Source: Candidatus Helarchaeota archaeon
GTDB taxonomy: Archaea > Asgardarchaeota > Lokiarchaeia > Helarchaeales > RDOG01
Length of the DNA stretch: 64,000 nucleotides
Assembly: GCA_019058315.1 (NCBI GenBank)
Contig: JAHPZH010000004.1
Location: 384,001-448,000 of the forward strand
Direction of reading: 5' to 3'
Below, piece after piece: positions 28,620-38,137 of this stretch. The notes under the pieces were generated by a model. The model saw nothing but the letters and a program-made list of their open reading frames with translations. It made no database searches and had not been told where the DNA came from. Position 1 is the stretch's first letter. Each line of letters begins with the position of its first letter. The position numbers and the translations under genes were made by a program.

Positions 28620-30200
28620 CTAATCATATTCCCTAATTAATTCAAAAACTTCTTTAAAAAACTTAGAAGTTCCTTTTTTTTTCATTAAATCGAGAAGTGG
28701 ATTTATAGGAAGAAATATCATTTGATTTTTGATGAAATTATCAAGGATTTTTAAGAACTTCAGCGATCCTGGGACACTAGTTGCCAACGATAGGATCGCT
28801 GAAAATTTATTCAAATCTGTATATCTTACACCGATTACTGTGTTTATCCACAACCCAAATTGCTCCGACAATTGATGTTTAGCAATTACAAGAGCTTTTT
28901 TGACATCTTTTTCCCTTTTAAAAATATCTTTTACTTTTTCCATAGAGATTATATAGAATTTCTCTAATGTACCATTTTTTAAATCTAATCCTAAAATTGT
29001 TTGTAATTTTACATCTTGATCAAAAATAAACATTATTGTCCTAGCTCGATATCCATATATGAAATTAAAACCTCGATTATAACTTAATACTGAAGGAGGA
29101 TTTAATTTATTTAAATCAAAATCAAAAAAGGATTTTCCCCAACGCCTAAACAAAACAATTTTACCATCAGAAGTCCATAAATCATCTGATTTTATAATAA
29201 ATTCTGTAATTTTAATAAGGAAATTCTTAAAACTATATTTCAATATTATATCTTTCAAATAATTGAATATTTCAAATCTTATTACAAAAGCAGTATTTAC
29301 TTTCAGATATTTTTCATTATAGAATACACGATATTTTTTATGAAGTTGTTTAGCAAGTTCTGCCATGAGCTCCTGAAATAAATGTTTCTTATTTTTGATT
29401 TTTTTAAATCTCTGCTCAATTCTTTTATTATCTAAAAAGGTAAAAACGAACTTATAGGGTGTTGTTAGTATAGCAAATGCTGCTGTTTTCTTTTCATTTA
29501 TCAAGGAAAAAACAACATTTTGAGGAGGTAATAATTTCGTAATTACGTTTCTAAAGGTTAAGGCATCGAAATTATCATTATCTGTAATAAATTTTTTAAG
29601 AAAATCTAAAAATAAGGGAGGATTATAAACTTGAATTCTTTCTTCTTTATACATTTTAGCTAAAAAATTCCAAAGAGCTGCAATATAGTCTAAAAATTCA
29701 TATTTTAATGAATCATGTAATTCTCTAAAATCTTCAAGGAATTTTAAATCAATAACAATAATGAAATTGAGGTTAAAATTAGAATTGAGCCCGATATTTA
29801 AATTTTGAACGTAATTATTTATTTTTTCAAAGGAATTATCTTTAATTAATCCAAGTATTTCTTCAGAATTTTGAATTTCAAATTTGAAAAAGTCGAAATA
29901 ATTCCCATTCTCTTCGTATTGCGCAGCTGACCAAATTACTTGATTATGAGAATCATTTAAAATTAAAATTAAAGAATCCCCATTTTCCGTAAATAATTTT
30001 GGAAAAGATTCTGAAAAGAAATTAAAAAAAGTATAACAATCTACTTCAATAGGAATAAATGGAAAAGTAAGCTTTGTTTCTTGTTCTGATATTTTCTCTC
30101 CTATGGCGATTTTTTTATTAAATTTTATAATTTTTTTCCAATCTTCAACTAATTCTTCAAACCAACTTATAATCTCATGCAAAATATACTCATGCTCCAA
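28620..30200 (-). CDS. Hypothetical protein (full-length copy)
   Basis: 526-aa ORF coupled to the DUF362 gene. Confidence 0.7.
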   Translation of the reverse strand: MEHEYILHEIISWFEELVEDWKKIIKFNKKIAIGEKISEQETKLTFPFIPIEVDCYTFFNFFSESFPKLFTENGDSLILILNDSHNQVIWSAAQYEENGNYFDFFKFEIQNSEEILGLIKDNSFEKINNYVQNLNIGLNSNFNLNFIIVIDLKFLEDFRELHDSLKYEFLDYIAALWNFLAKMYKEERIQVYNPPLFLDFLKKFITDNDNFDALTFRNVITKLLPPQNVVFSLINEKKTAAFAILTTPYKFVFTFLDNKRIEQRFKKIKNKKHLFQELMAELAKQLHKKYRVFYNEKYLKVNTAFVIRFEIFNYLKDIILKYSFKNFLIKITEFIIKSDDLWTSDGKIVLFRRWGKSFFDFDLNKLNPPSVLSYNRGFNFIYGYRARTIMFIFDQDVKLQTILGLDLKNGTLEKFYIISMEKVKDIFKREKDVKKALVIAKHQLSEQFGLWINTVIGVRYTDLNKFSAILSLATSVPGSLKFLKILDNFIKNQMIFLPINPLLDLMKKKGTSKFFKEVFELIREYD

Positions 30201-31449
30201 TTTGTGGGTGTCTAGGGTCTAATAGTTTACGCCCTTTTGTCCATCTCTTTATTATTTCATTAATAAATTCAAAGGCTGGGATTTTATCTTTGAAATTTAT
30301 TGCGATTTTTTCAAAAATATTCAAATTGATAGGAGGACAACCAGAAATTTCTTGTATTCTATAAGCTCGGCGAATTCTTTTATTGGTATTAAATCTATAA
30401 TTTTTAGTGGAAATAATAGCACAATCGCCAAATATAATGATATTTCTCTTATATGATGAAACTTCAGGATTTTCTCCTAATAAACAAGTAAATCCTCCAT
30501 ATCCCTTTAACTCTTTTCCGAGGAACGTATCCATTAAGTCTGAAAATATTCTAAATGAAGCCAAACAACCCGAACAACATTTGCCTTGATGTATACTTAA
30601 TAATTCACTATCAGAAGGTAAGAGTTGAGCCTTTTTAAAATTAAAATAATTTGGGTCATCTCCCACTAATGAGATTTTCTTAGGATCTCCATTACCTAAA
30701 TTTAAATCTTGAGCAAGCTTAATATGCTTAATTTGAGAAGGATCAAATCCCATAATTGACGCTGCAATTGAATCAATAGCAATGGGATCAGTACCGGCTA
30801 AATTAAATTTGGTTTCTATCCCTGAAAGGTTAAATGGACCTTGTCCTTCCCCTCCAATAAATGAATCCATTATGATCAAATCGGGTTTAATTGCTTTCAA
30901 TATATCAGTAAGTCCTTCATGAATTCCGGATTTATAAAGTAAGAAATATTGCTCATCTGGCAATAATCCATGAAGATTTTTAATTGAAAGAGCAACATCG
31001 GATAAAAAATCAGTTCGTATAGTGGGAATTGAAATAAAAACATCTGAACTCAAAACACTTTTTGGAAGATGAACTTCTGTAAGGACTTTAGATTCTGATA
31101 CTTTTATGGGCTCGAAATGTTCCTTCTCTAAATTTATTAATGTCACTCCAATGCTATTGAGATATTCATCTAATCCTGTAAATTTAAATAAATTTTTTGA
31201 TGAAATTCCTCCAAAGGGATTATCGCCAACAATTACTTTTTTAGCACCAACATCAAAACACATCTTTGCTATTGTTCCAATTATTAAAGGATCTGTGCTT
31301 GCAGGAATACCTATAGGGGTACTAAGATCCGGTTTTAAAAAAACTGTTTGTCCTTTTCTAACAAAATTCTGTATTCCCCCTAAAAGTTCTATAGCTTTTC
31401 TAGTTGCATTAATTGTATTTTCTCCCTTAGCAATTGCAACTATAGACAA
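30190..31449 (-). CDS. DUF362 Fe-S protein
   Basis: LGGIQNFVRKGQTVFLKP, GEGQGP, DPIAID, CCSGC, GCPP. Confidence 0.85.
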   Translation of the reverse strand: MSIVAIAKGENTINATRKAIELLGGIQNFVRKGQTVFLKPDLSTPIGIPASTDPLIIGTIAKMCFDVGAKKVIVGDNPFGGISSKNLFKFTGLDEYLNSIGVTLINLEKEHFEPIKVSESKVLTEVHLPKSVLSSDVFISIPTIRTDFLSDVALSIKNLHGLLPDEQYFLLYKSGIHEGLTDILKAIKPDLIIMDSFIGGEGQGPFNLSGIETKFNLAGTDPIAIDSIAASIMGFDPSQIKHIKLAQDLNLGNGDPKKISLVGDDPNYFNFKKAQLLPSDSELLSIHQGKCCSGCLASFRIFSDLMDTFLGKELKGYGGFTCLLGENPEVSSYKRNIIIFGDCAIISTKNYRFNTNKRIRRAYRIQEISGCPPINLNIFEKIAINFKDKIPAFEFINEIIKRWTKGRKLLDPRHPQIGA

Positions 31450-31580
31450 AACTCATCACGAAAGACTATTAATCAAATAAGTTTCTGATATTTTTCATAT
31501 TATTTGTATATAATACTTTTCTTTAGATTACTTCAGAATGTTTAAAAGAAGAATAGGATCAATAATATAAGGTTATTGTT

Positions 31581-32603
31581 TTGGTTGACATTAAGTTAAA
31601 ATTAATATCATTGGCGCAATTATTAACCTCCTTTTTTAGCTTAAATCGTCCAGCAGTAGTATTTATGGGTCTCCCATTCGCAATGGTCGGGGTAGCATAT
31701 GCATTAATTTCTACATATTCAAATATAACCTTATTACAAGCTGCCTTAGGAATAACTTCCGTTTTTTTGGTTACAGGAGGGGTTCACACGATGGATGATG
31801 TCTTTGATAGAAAACGCGATAGAGGCATGTGGCCAAATAGAGCTTTATCATTGGGTTTTGCAACACCTAAACAAGCAACAATATTAGCTATAACATGTTT
31901 TTCCATCGGGTTATCTATTACATTATTTATCTTCAATATAATTACTTTCTTTATTTTGACATTAGCCACAAGTCTTACAATCTTGTATTCTGGGTATTTA
32001 CGTGATAAATATGGTTATCTAACATTACCATTATTAATAGGACTATTTCCATTAGGAGGTTATTCAGCAATTGCCCCATCTCAATTATTTAATGATATGA
32101 TTCCTTGGGTGTTATTTACAATGGTATCACTTTGGCAGGCAGGACATATCTTAGCTTATTCTCCTCCACATGGAATAGAGTTAGATGGGAAGACAACTAT
32201 TCCTACTTTATTTAAGAGATTAAGTCCTTCAAAAACTCTGCTGATGGCTGGTATTTTAATAACTATCTTAACAATAATGAGTATATATCTCTATTATTTA
32301 ATTAATCTAAGCCAGTTTTATCTAATATTGGCAATTATAAGCGGTTCATTTACTTCAATTATGACTTATTACGTATCCATAGAAAAAAATTGCACATTAT
32401 CGAATTGTATGAAAGCTACTTTAACAATATCCACTTATGGTGCGGGTCTATTTCTCCTAATTACATTCGAATTATTAATAAGATATTCTTATGATTATTT
32501 TCTCATTCTTTTTATCTTGACTACAATCTTGCTTACTTTAAGCATTCCAGCATTTATAGGGACGGGAACACCCTATTTGGAAAATTATGATTATTTAGAT
32601 TAA
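31581..32603 (+). CDS. UbiA-family prenyltransferase
   Basis: DDVFDRKRDR...PNRAL..G Asp-rich loop; multiple TM segments. Confidence 0.85.
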   Translation: MVDIKLKLISLAQLLTSFFSLNRPAVVFMGLPFAMVGVAYALISTYSNITLLQAALGITSVFLVTGGVHTMDDVFDRKRDRGMWPNRALSLGFATPKQATILAITCFSIGLSITLFIFNIITFFILTLATSLTILYSGYLRDKYGYLTLPLLIGLFPLGGYSAIAPSQLFNDMIPWVLFTMVSLWQAGHILAYSPPHGIELDGKTTIPTLFKRLSPSKTLLMAGILITILTIMSIYLYYLINLSQFYLILAIISGSFTSIMTYYVSIEKNCTLSNCMKATLTISTYGAGLFLLITFELLIRYSYDYFLILFILTTILLTLSIPAFIGTGTPYLENYDYLD

Positions 32604-32678
32604 TTGTATCTTTTAAGCAGCCCACCATAACTTACAAGTGTAACTAATGAAATTTTAAAAAAAATTAAAAAAAAGAGT

Positions 32679-34328
32679 TTAACGTTTCTTAACTTTTTTT
32701 GTTTTTACTGGAGTTTTTCTTTGACGAGCAACGACAGAAGACAAAATTATAATAAGTAGTGCTTCTCCCAAGACCATGATGCCCAATACCATTGGGGATA
32801 ATAATGTTCTGAGAAAGACATCTATCATTTTTGAGATATCCTCCATAAGCCCTCCGTATTGTCCATGTATAGCCAATGAAATCAAAGTAACCCAATCAAA
32901 CGGACTTTCAGGACTTCCAAGTACTCTCTGAGCATAAATATCATCATCATTAATTCCCGTTCTTTCATCATCCCAAGCAATTATTGCACCACCCGCTCCA
33001 TCACTGCAAATTTGAGGGTATTGTTGATCTCCTCCTTTATTGCATATTATAGAACCATTTGCAGTCCATTGTGTCACTCCACTTGCATCTATTTTTTGTG
33101 CGTATATATCATCAGTTGGACCTCTAGGATCCTGCCAAACAATGATTGCACCTCCCGCTCCATCGCTACAGATTTGGTGTTGATCTTGAACTCCTGAAAC
33201 GGTACATATTTCCACTCCATTAGTCGTCCATAGTACGTTTCCTGCTGAACTGATTCTTTGAGCTGTTATATTACCAAAGTCAGATTTCCATGTTATAATT
33301 GCGCCACCTGCACCATCACTACAAATTTTAGGGATTTCATTTAAAACGGCTAAAGTGGATATTTGCACACCATCAGTCGTCCATTGGCCATCACCAGTTG
33401 AATTGATTTTTTGAGCATAAATATGTAATCCAGATCGTGGATCTTGCCAAGTAATGATTGCGCCTCCTGAACCATCACTGATAATCTTTGGAAGATCTTG
33501 ATTAAAAACCGCAGAACATACTACTTTCCCAGTTGCAGTCCATTGTAAATGACCTGTTGAATTTACTCTTTGTGCATGTATATCTATATTTCCATCCATA
33601 GTAATAATAGCACCACCCGCACCATCACTACAAATTTCTGGTCGATAAATATTTGAAGATGATAGGAGTGTACCATCTATAGTCCAGAAGAGGGTACCAT
33701 TTGATAAAATTCTTTGAGCAAAAGAATAGCTGCCATTATCCCAAGTAATAATTGCACCTCCCTCACCGTCACTCATTATTCGTTGATCCTGTTGAGAAAA
33801 AGGTGCCGTAGAAACCAGGAGCCCATTAGCCGTCCATTCCAAAGCTCCATACACATTTACTTTCTGTGCATAAGTATCATAATGAGTCCCACTTCTCCAA
33901 TCCGCCCAAGTGATAATTGCACCACCTGCTCCATCACTACAAATTTGAGGCTCCCATTGAAGAGCTACATCTGTACAAATCGCAAGTCCACCCGTTGCCC
34001 ATGCAACACTGCCATCAGCATGAATTTTTTGTGCGAATATATCATAATTCCCTAATCTATAATCCTGCCATGTAATGATAGCTCCTCCTGCACCATCACT
34101 ACAAATAGCTACAATATCTTGATAACTATTGGCGACAGAGATTGGAGTACCATTATCTGTCCATGCAGTTTGCATATTTTCACTTGAAGATAATTTAGAA
34201 GTTGATTTCATAAGAATATTGTTGGATAACATTGATACTTTGGAATTTGCCAGGGAAATAAATGTAAAGCTAAGAAAAATAACCATAATCAGAATTGCTA
34301 CTTTTTTTTTCATTTTAATAAGATCCAA
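32679..34328 (-). CDS. Surface beta-propeller repeat protein with C-terminal anchor
   Basis: 7 SDGAGGAIIxW...IYAQ(K/R)I repeats; signal peptide; TM plus Lys-rich tail. Confidence 0.75.
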   Translation of the reverse strand: MDLIKMKKKVAILIMVIFLSFTFISLANSKVSMLSNNILMKSTSKLSSSENMQTAWTDNGTPISVANSYQDIVAICSDGAGGAIITWQDYRLGNYDIFAQKIHADGSVAWATGGLAICTDVALQWEPQICSDGAGGAIITWADWRSGTHYDTYAQKVNVYGALEWTANGLLVSTAPFSQQDQRIMSDGEGGAIITWDNGSYSFAQRILSNGTLFWTIDGTLLSSSNIYRPEICSDGAGGAIITMDGNIDIHAQRVNSTGHLQWTATGKVVCSAVFNQDLPKIISDGSGGAIITWQDPRSGLHIYAQKINSTGDGQWTTDGVQISTLAVLNEIPKICSDGAGGAIITWKSDFGNITAQRISSAGNVLWTTNGVEICTVSGVQDQHQICSDGAGGAIIVWQDPRGPTDDIYAQKIDASGVTQWTANGSIICNKGGDQQYPQICSDGAGGAIIAWDDERTGINDDDIYAQRVLGSPESPFDWVTLISLAIHGQYGGLMEDISKMIDVFLRTLLSPMVLGIMVLGEALLIIILSSVVARQRKTPVKTKKVKKR

Positions 34329-34467
34329 TAAAAAATTATCAAACTAATTATCTACTTATTTAATTTTTTATTTTTTATTCTTTATCAAATATTACAGAAA
34401 TTATATATAGACCTATAAAGATTTAATATTACTAATAATTATTAATCTAACAAATATAAGTAGGAGG

Positions 34468-34917
34468 ATGAAGGTTATGGCTAGTGCTACATATGTAATA
34501 GGATTTATATTTAGTTTTTTAGGATATATTTTTTATATGAATGGAGCATATGTTCTGTCACTTCCTTGTATAATCGTAGGAATTATTTTACTTTGTGCAA
34601 GTTTTGGTAAAAAATCTGAAAAAGATGAATATTCTGAGTCAAGATACGATGTTCAATATGAAGACATCCAGCGAATTGACGAATATAATAATCCCAATCA
34701 TCGATTTTACAAGGCCATTAGAGAAGCGATCGATACTGCTGCTTTTAATTTAGATTCAGATCCAGAAATGGATATAGATTCTCAAATGAGGAGTTTGGGA
34801 ATTGAATCGTATGCAAATTATTGTCCATATTGCCAAGAACAATTATATCTCTTTAAAGATTTTCTGGTTTATTGTTTGAATTGTAAATTATTTATCTCGG
34901 AATTGAAATATCAATAA
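34468..34917 (+). CDS. Membrane protein with C-terminal Zn ribbon
   Basis: 2 TM; CPYC...CLNC. Confidence 0.6.
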   Translation: MKVMASATYVIGFIFSFLGYIFYMNGAYVLSLPCIIVGIILLCASFGKKSEKDEYSESRYDVQYEDIQRIDEYNNPNHRFYKAIREAIDTAAFNLDSDPEMDIDSQMRSLGIESYANYCPYCQEQLYLFKDFLVYCLNCKLFISELKYQ

Positions 34918-35064
34918 TTAGACTATTTAATCATACCTTTTTTTTTAATATTTAGATTAATTTTTTAATAGAATTAATATATAATATCGAACATCGACAG
35001 AATATTTTTTATTATTTTTTAATAAATGTAATATAATTAGGATAAAATATTTGGAGTTTAAAAA

Positions 35065-36246
35065 TTGTCTGACATTAGTTCTCTTGAAAAATATCTCCCA
35101 GAATTGGTCCACTGTATGAAATGTCATATTTGCTATTCAGCAAATTGGCAAAAACTCGATGATTGGCGAATTTTATGCCCACAAGCTGCTAAATTTGGTT
35201 ATGAATCTTATTATGCTGCTGGTAAAATGGAGCTTGCTCGAGCATTTCTTGAGGGTAGAATTAAAGAACCAACACCACGCTTACTTGAAGTTCTTTATAC
35301 TTGTACTGGATGTGGTGGATGTAGAGAGCAATGTACCGAATTATCTGGGCTTAAGATAGATCATGTAGATTTATATGAAAAAATGAAGGCTTATATTGTT
35401 TCAAAAGGTTGGGGACCTCTAGAAAAGCATAAAAAATTTAGTCAAAGTGTTGCAGAAAATCATAATCCATATGTTGAACCTCATAAAAATCGTTTTGATT
35501 GGATGCCAAAGGATGTTAAACCTTCATCTGGTGAAGAAATTGTATATTTTGTAGGATGCACCTCTTCATATCGACAACAAAAGATAGCACAAGCTACTGT
35601 AAAGGTATTAAAAGCAGCAAACATTCCTTTTAGCATAATGGGTCAAGAAGAATGGTGTTGCGGTTCCCCGCTAATTAGAACCGGTCAATTGGATATTGTA
35701 AACAATCTAGCTTCTCATAATATCGAAACTCTGAAATCTATGGGTGCCAAAACGGTTATTTTTTCATGTGCCGGATGTTATAGAACATTCAAAGAAGATT
35801 ATCCAAAATTAGGTTTTGAACTTCCTTTTAAACCTCGCCATACAACGCAATTCTTCTTAAATCTTATTCGAGATAATAAATTAAAGCTTAAATCACTTCC
35901 CAAAGAATTAACTTACCATGATCCTTGTCATTTAGGACGGCATGCTAAAGTCTATAAGCAACCAAGAAGAATTTTAAAAGCTCTAAAGGTTAACTATCAT
36001 GAAATGCCACGAAACACAACCGATGCTTTTTGTTGTGGAGCTGGAAGCGGTGTTCGGGCTGCCTATCCTGAATATTCAAAATGGGTTTGCAAAGAACGTT
36101 TAGATGAAGTTAAGGAAGTTGGTGCTTCAGTATTGGCCTCAGCATGTCCTTTTTGCAAAAACAATTTCGTTGAAACCTTAAAAGACTTTCCTGACCTTAA
36201 AATTGATGTAGTTGATATTAGTGAACTTTTAGAAGAAGCTCTATAG
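35065..36246 (+). CDS. HdrD/GlcF-like Fe-S protein with CCG domains
   Basis: CTGCGGCREQC, WCCG, YHDPCHLGR, CCGAG, ACPFC. Confidence 0.9.
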   Translation: MSDISSLEKYLPELVHCMKCHICYSANWQKLDDWRILCPQAAKFGYESYYAAGKMELARAFLEGRIKEPTPRLLEVLYTCTGCGGCREQCTELSGLKIDHVDLYEKMKAYIVSKGWGPLEKHKKFSQSVAENHNPYVEPHKNRFDWMPKDVKPSSGEEIVYFVGCTSSYRQQKIAQATVKVLKAANIPFSIMGQEEWCCGSPLIRTGQLDIVNNLASHNIETLKSMGAKTVIFSCAGCYRTFKEDYPKLGFELPFKPRHTTQFFLNLIRDNKLKLKSLPKELTYHDPCHLGRHAKVYKQPRRILKALKVNYHEMPRNTTDAFCCGAGSGVRAAYPEYSKWVCKERLDEVKEVGASVLASACPFCKNNFVETLKDFPDLKIDVVDISELLEEAL

Positions 36247-36358
36247 GAGATTTTCCAAATTATAAATGAATTAAATAGAATATTAAAAAATAAAATGGAG
36301 TATTATAATATTTAAATTAGATAAATTAAAAAAGATATGAATTTGAGAGGTAAAGAAA

Positions 36359-37774
36359 ATGGCTGTACTTGATACCAGTACTTTGGAAACAGAAATAGCT
36401 AAAATTGTGGGTAAAGAGAATGTATCTACTGATTTTGTTGATTTAATTGCTCACGAAAGGGATGATCAATTTGCAACTGTTCCACCACACCTTCCAGATT
36501 TTATTGTAAGACCTGCTAATAAGGCTGAAATTCAGGAAGTTATTAGATTCGCTAATGAAAATAAAATTCCAATTGTTCCATATGGATCAGGCATAAATAG
36601 GAAAGGATTATGTATTGCTCAAAAAGGTGGAATTATCTTAGATTTACGACGAATGAGAAAAATTGAAGTAGATGAAAAAATGATGGTTGCTAAAATAGGT
36701 CCAGGTGTAAATTTTGTTGAAATGGTAACAGCTCTTAATAAATATCCACATCTAAGATGTCTTGCTCCTGATGCTCCTGCTACTGCATCGGTTCTAGCAA
36801 ATTACATGTTAAGAGGAATTTATCCAACGGCGACTCGTTATGGAATAGACCATCTAATTACGATGGAAATCGTGCTTCCAAATGGTGAAATATTGGATAC
36901 TGGCTCAGCAGCAACCCCCGGTTCCCCAGGACCGTATTGTGGTATTGTAAATGGTCCTGATTTAACGAAATTATTCCAAGCAAACGTTGGAACTATGGGA
37001 GTAATTACGGAAGGACGAATCCGACTTTATCCCATGCCGGAAAAGATTGTACCTTTGACTATTAGGTACAAAGATTTCAAATCTATGATTGAACCTGCAA
37101 CCCAATTTGCTTACAAAAATTTAGTAGCAGGGATTTGGGTAATGACTTTTGACCCGGAAGCCATTTCGACTTTTATGGACATGCGTGGGGCGGATGAAGA
37201 AGTGTTTATGTCATTGGTTTTTCTGGAAGGCACCGAGGAAGAAGTGCAAAAACATAAAGAACAAGTCGTAAAAATTGCTGCAGCTTCAAATGGTGATACC
37301 ATGGATTTACCAGATTTTATGGCAAAAGAATTTGTACAAGACCATCGTTATATGCGTTCTTTTATAAGAGGATGGCGTAAAGGAAATCTTTGGGGTTGTT
37401 CCGTCTATGCTCCTATGACAAATGTTGTAAAAATGTATGAAGATTCAAAGAAATTATGTAAAAAAAATAATTTAGAGGGACGTCTACATTTTGAGGCCAT
37501 TCCAGTTCATCCTTTTCATAACGGACAGCTCACATATGTTGATCCATGCGTAATGTGGGATGGTGGAAAACCTGAAGAAGTTGAAAATATTCGCCAACTA
37601 TCTGCAGATATTCGTAAAGCATTTTTAGACATTGGGATTTATGGTTTTTTCAGAGCTTTTCCTGGAACAATTAATTCCCACGAACTTGGTATGTACGGAG
37701 AAATATGGAGGAAAATTAAGAAATTAATAGACCCAAACAATATAATGAATCCTGGAAACCCACCTTTACACTAA
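36359..37774 (+). CDS. FAD-linked oxidase (GlcD/D-lactate dehydrogenase family)
   Basis: PDFIVRP, PYGSG, GTMGVIT, DPNNIMNPG. Confidence 0.9.
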   Translation: MAVLDTSTLETEIAKIVGKENVSTDFVDLIAHERDDQFATVPPHLPDFIVRPANKAEIQEVIRFANENKIPIVPYGSGINRKGLCIAQKGGIILDLRRMRKIEVDEKMMVAKIGPGVNFVEMVTALNKYPHLRCLAPDAPATASVLANYMLRGIYPTATRYGIDHLITMEIVLPNGEILDTGSAATPGSPGPYCGIVNGPDLTKLFQANVGTMGVITEGRIRLYPMPEKIVPLTIRYKDFKSMIEPATQFAYKNLVAGIWVMTFDPEAISTFMDMRGADEEVFMSLVFLEGTEEEVQKHKEQVVKIAAASNGDTMDLPDFMAKEFVQDHRYMRSFIRGWRKGNLWGCSVYAPMTNVVKMYEDSKKLCKKNNLEGRLHFEAIPVHPFHNGQLTYVDPCVMWDGGKPEEVENIRQLSADIRKAFLDIGIYGFFRAFPGTINSHELGMYGEIWRKIKKLIDPNNIMNPGNPPLH

Positions 37775-37853
37775 TCGACGTGTCAAGATATAAAATTTTT
37801 TTATTTTTTAATTTTTTTATTGCATCTAAGAAAATTAAAAGTTAAGTGGGGAA

Positions 37854-38126
37854 TTAACCACCGCCTATTGCTTGTAGTAAAGTAATTTCATCCCCATCTT
37901 TAGGGATTAGTGAAAATCCCCCAGGAAAATCAATTCTATTACCGTTTAATAATAGTATTGGATTACTTCGTCCTTCTACAAATACACGATAAATGTCATT
38001 CTTGATTTTTTTTCCAATTTTTTTAAATATATTTTTTAATGTCTCATCATTTTTGATCTTTAGATCAATAGATTTCTTGATGAAATTTCTATTAAAAACT
38101 CCATTAATGTTAACTTTAATGTTCAA
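37854..38126 (-). CDS. MoaD/ThiS ubiquitin-like sulfur carrier
   Basis: C-terminal GGG; LLNG...DGDEI; downstream of AOR. Confidence 0.85.
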   Translation of the reverse strand: MNIKVNINGVFNRNFIKKSIDLKIKNDETLKNIFKKIGKKIKNDIYRVFVEGRSNPILLLNGNRIDFPGGFSLIPKDGDEITLLQAIGGG

Positions 38127-38137
38127 GTTTATTCCTT

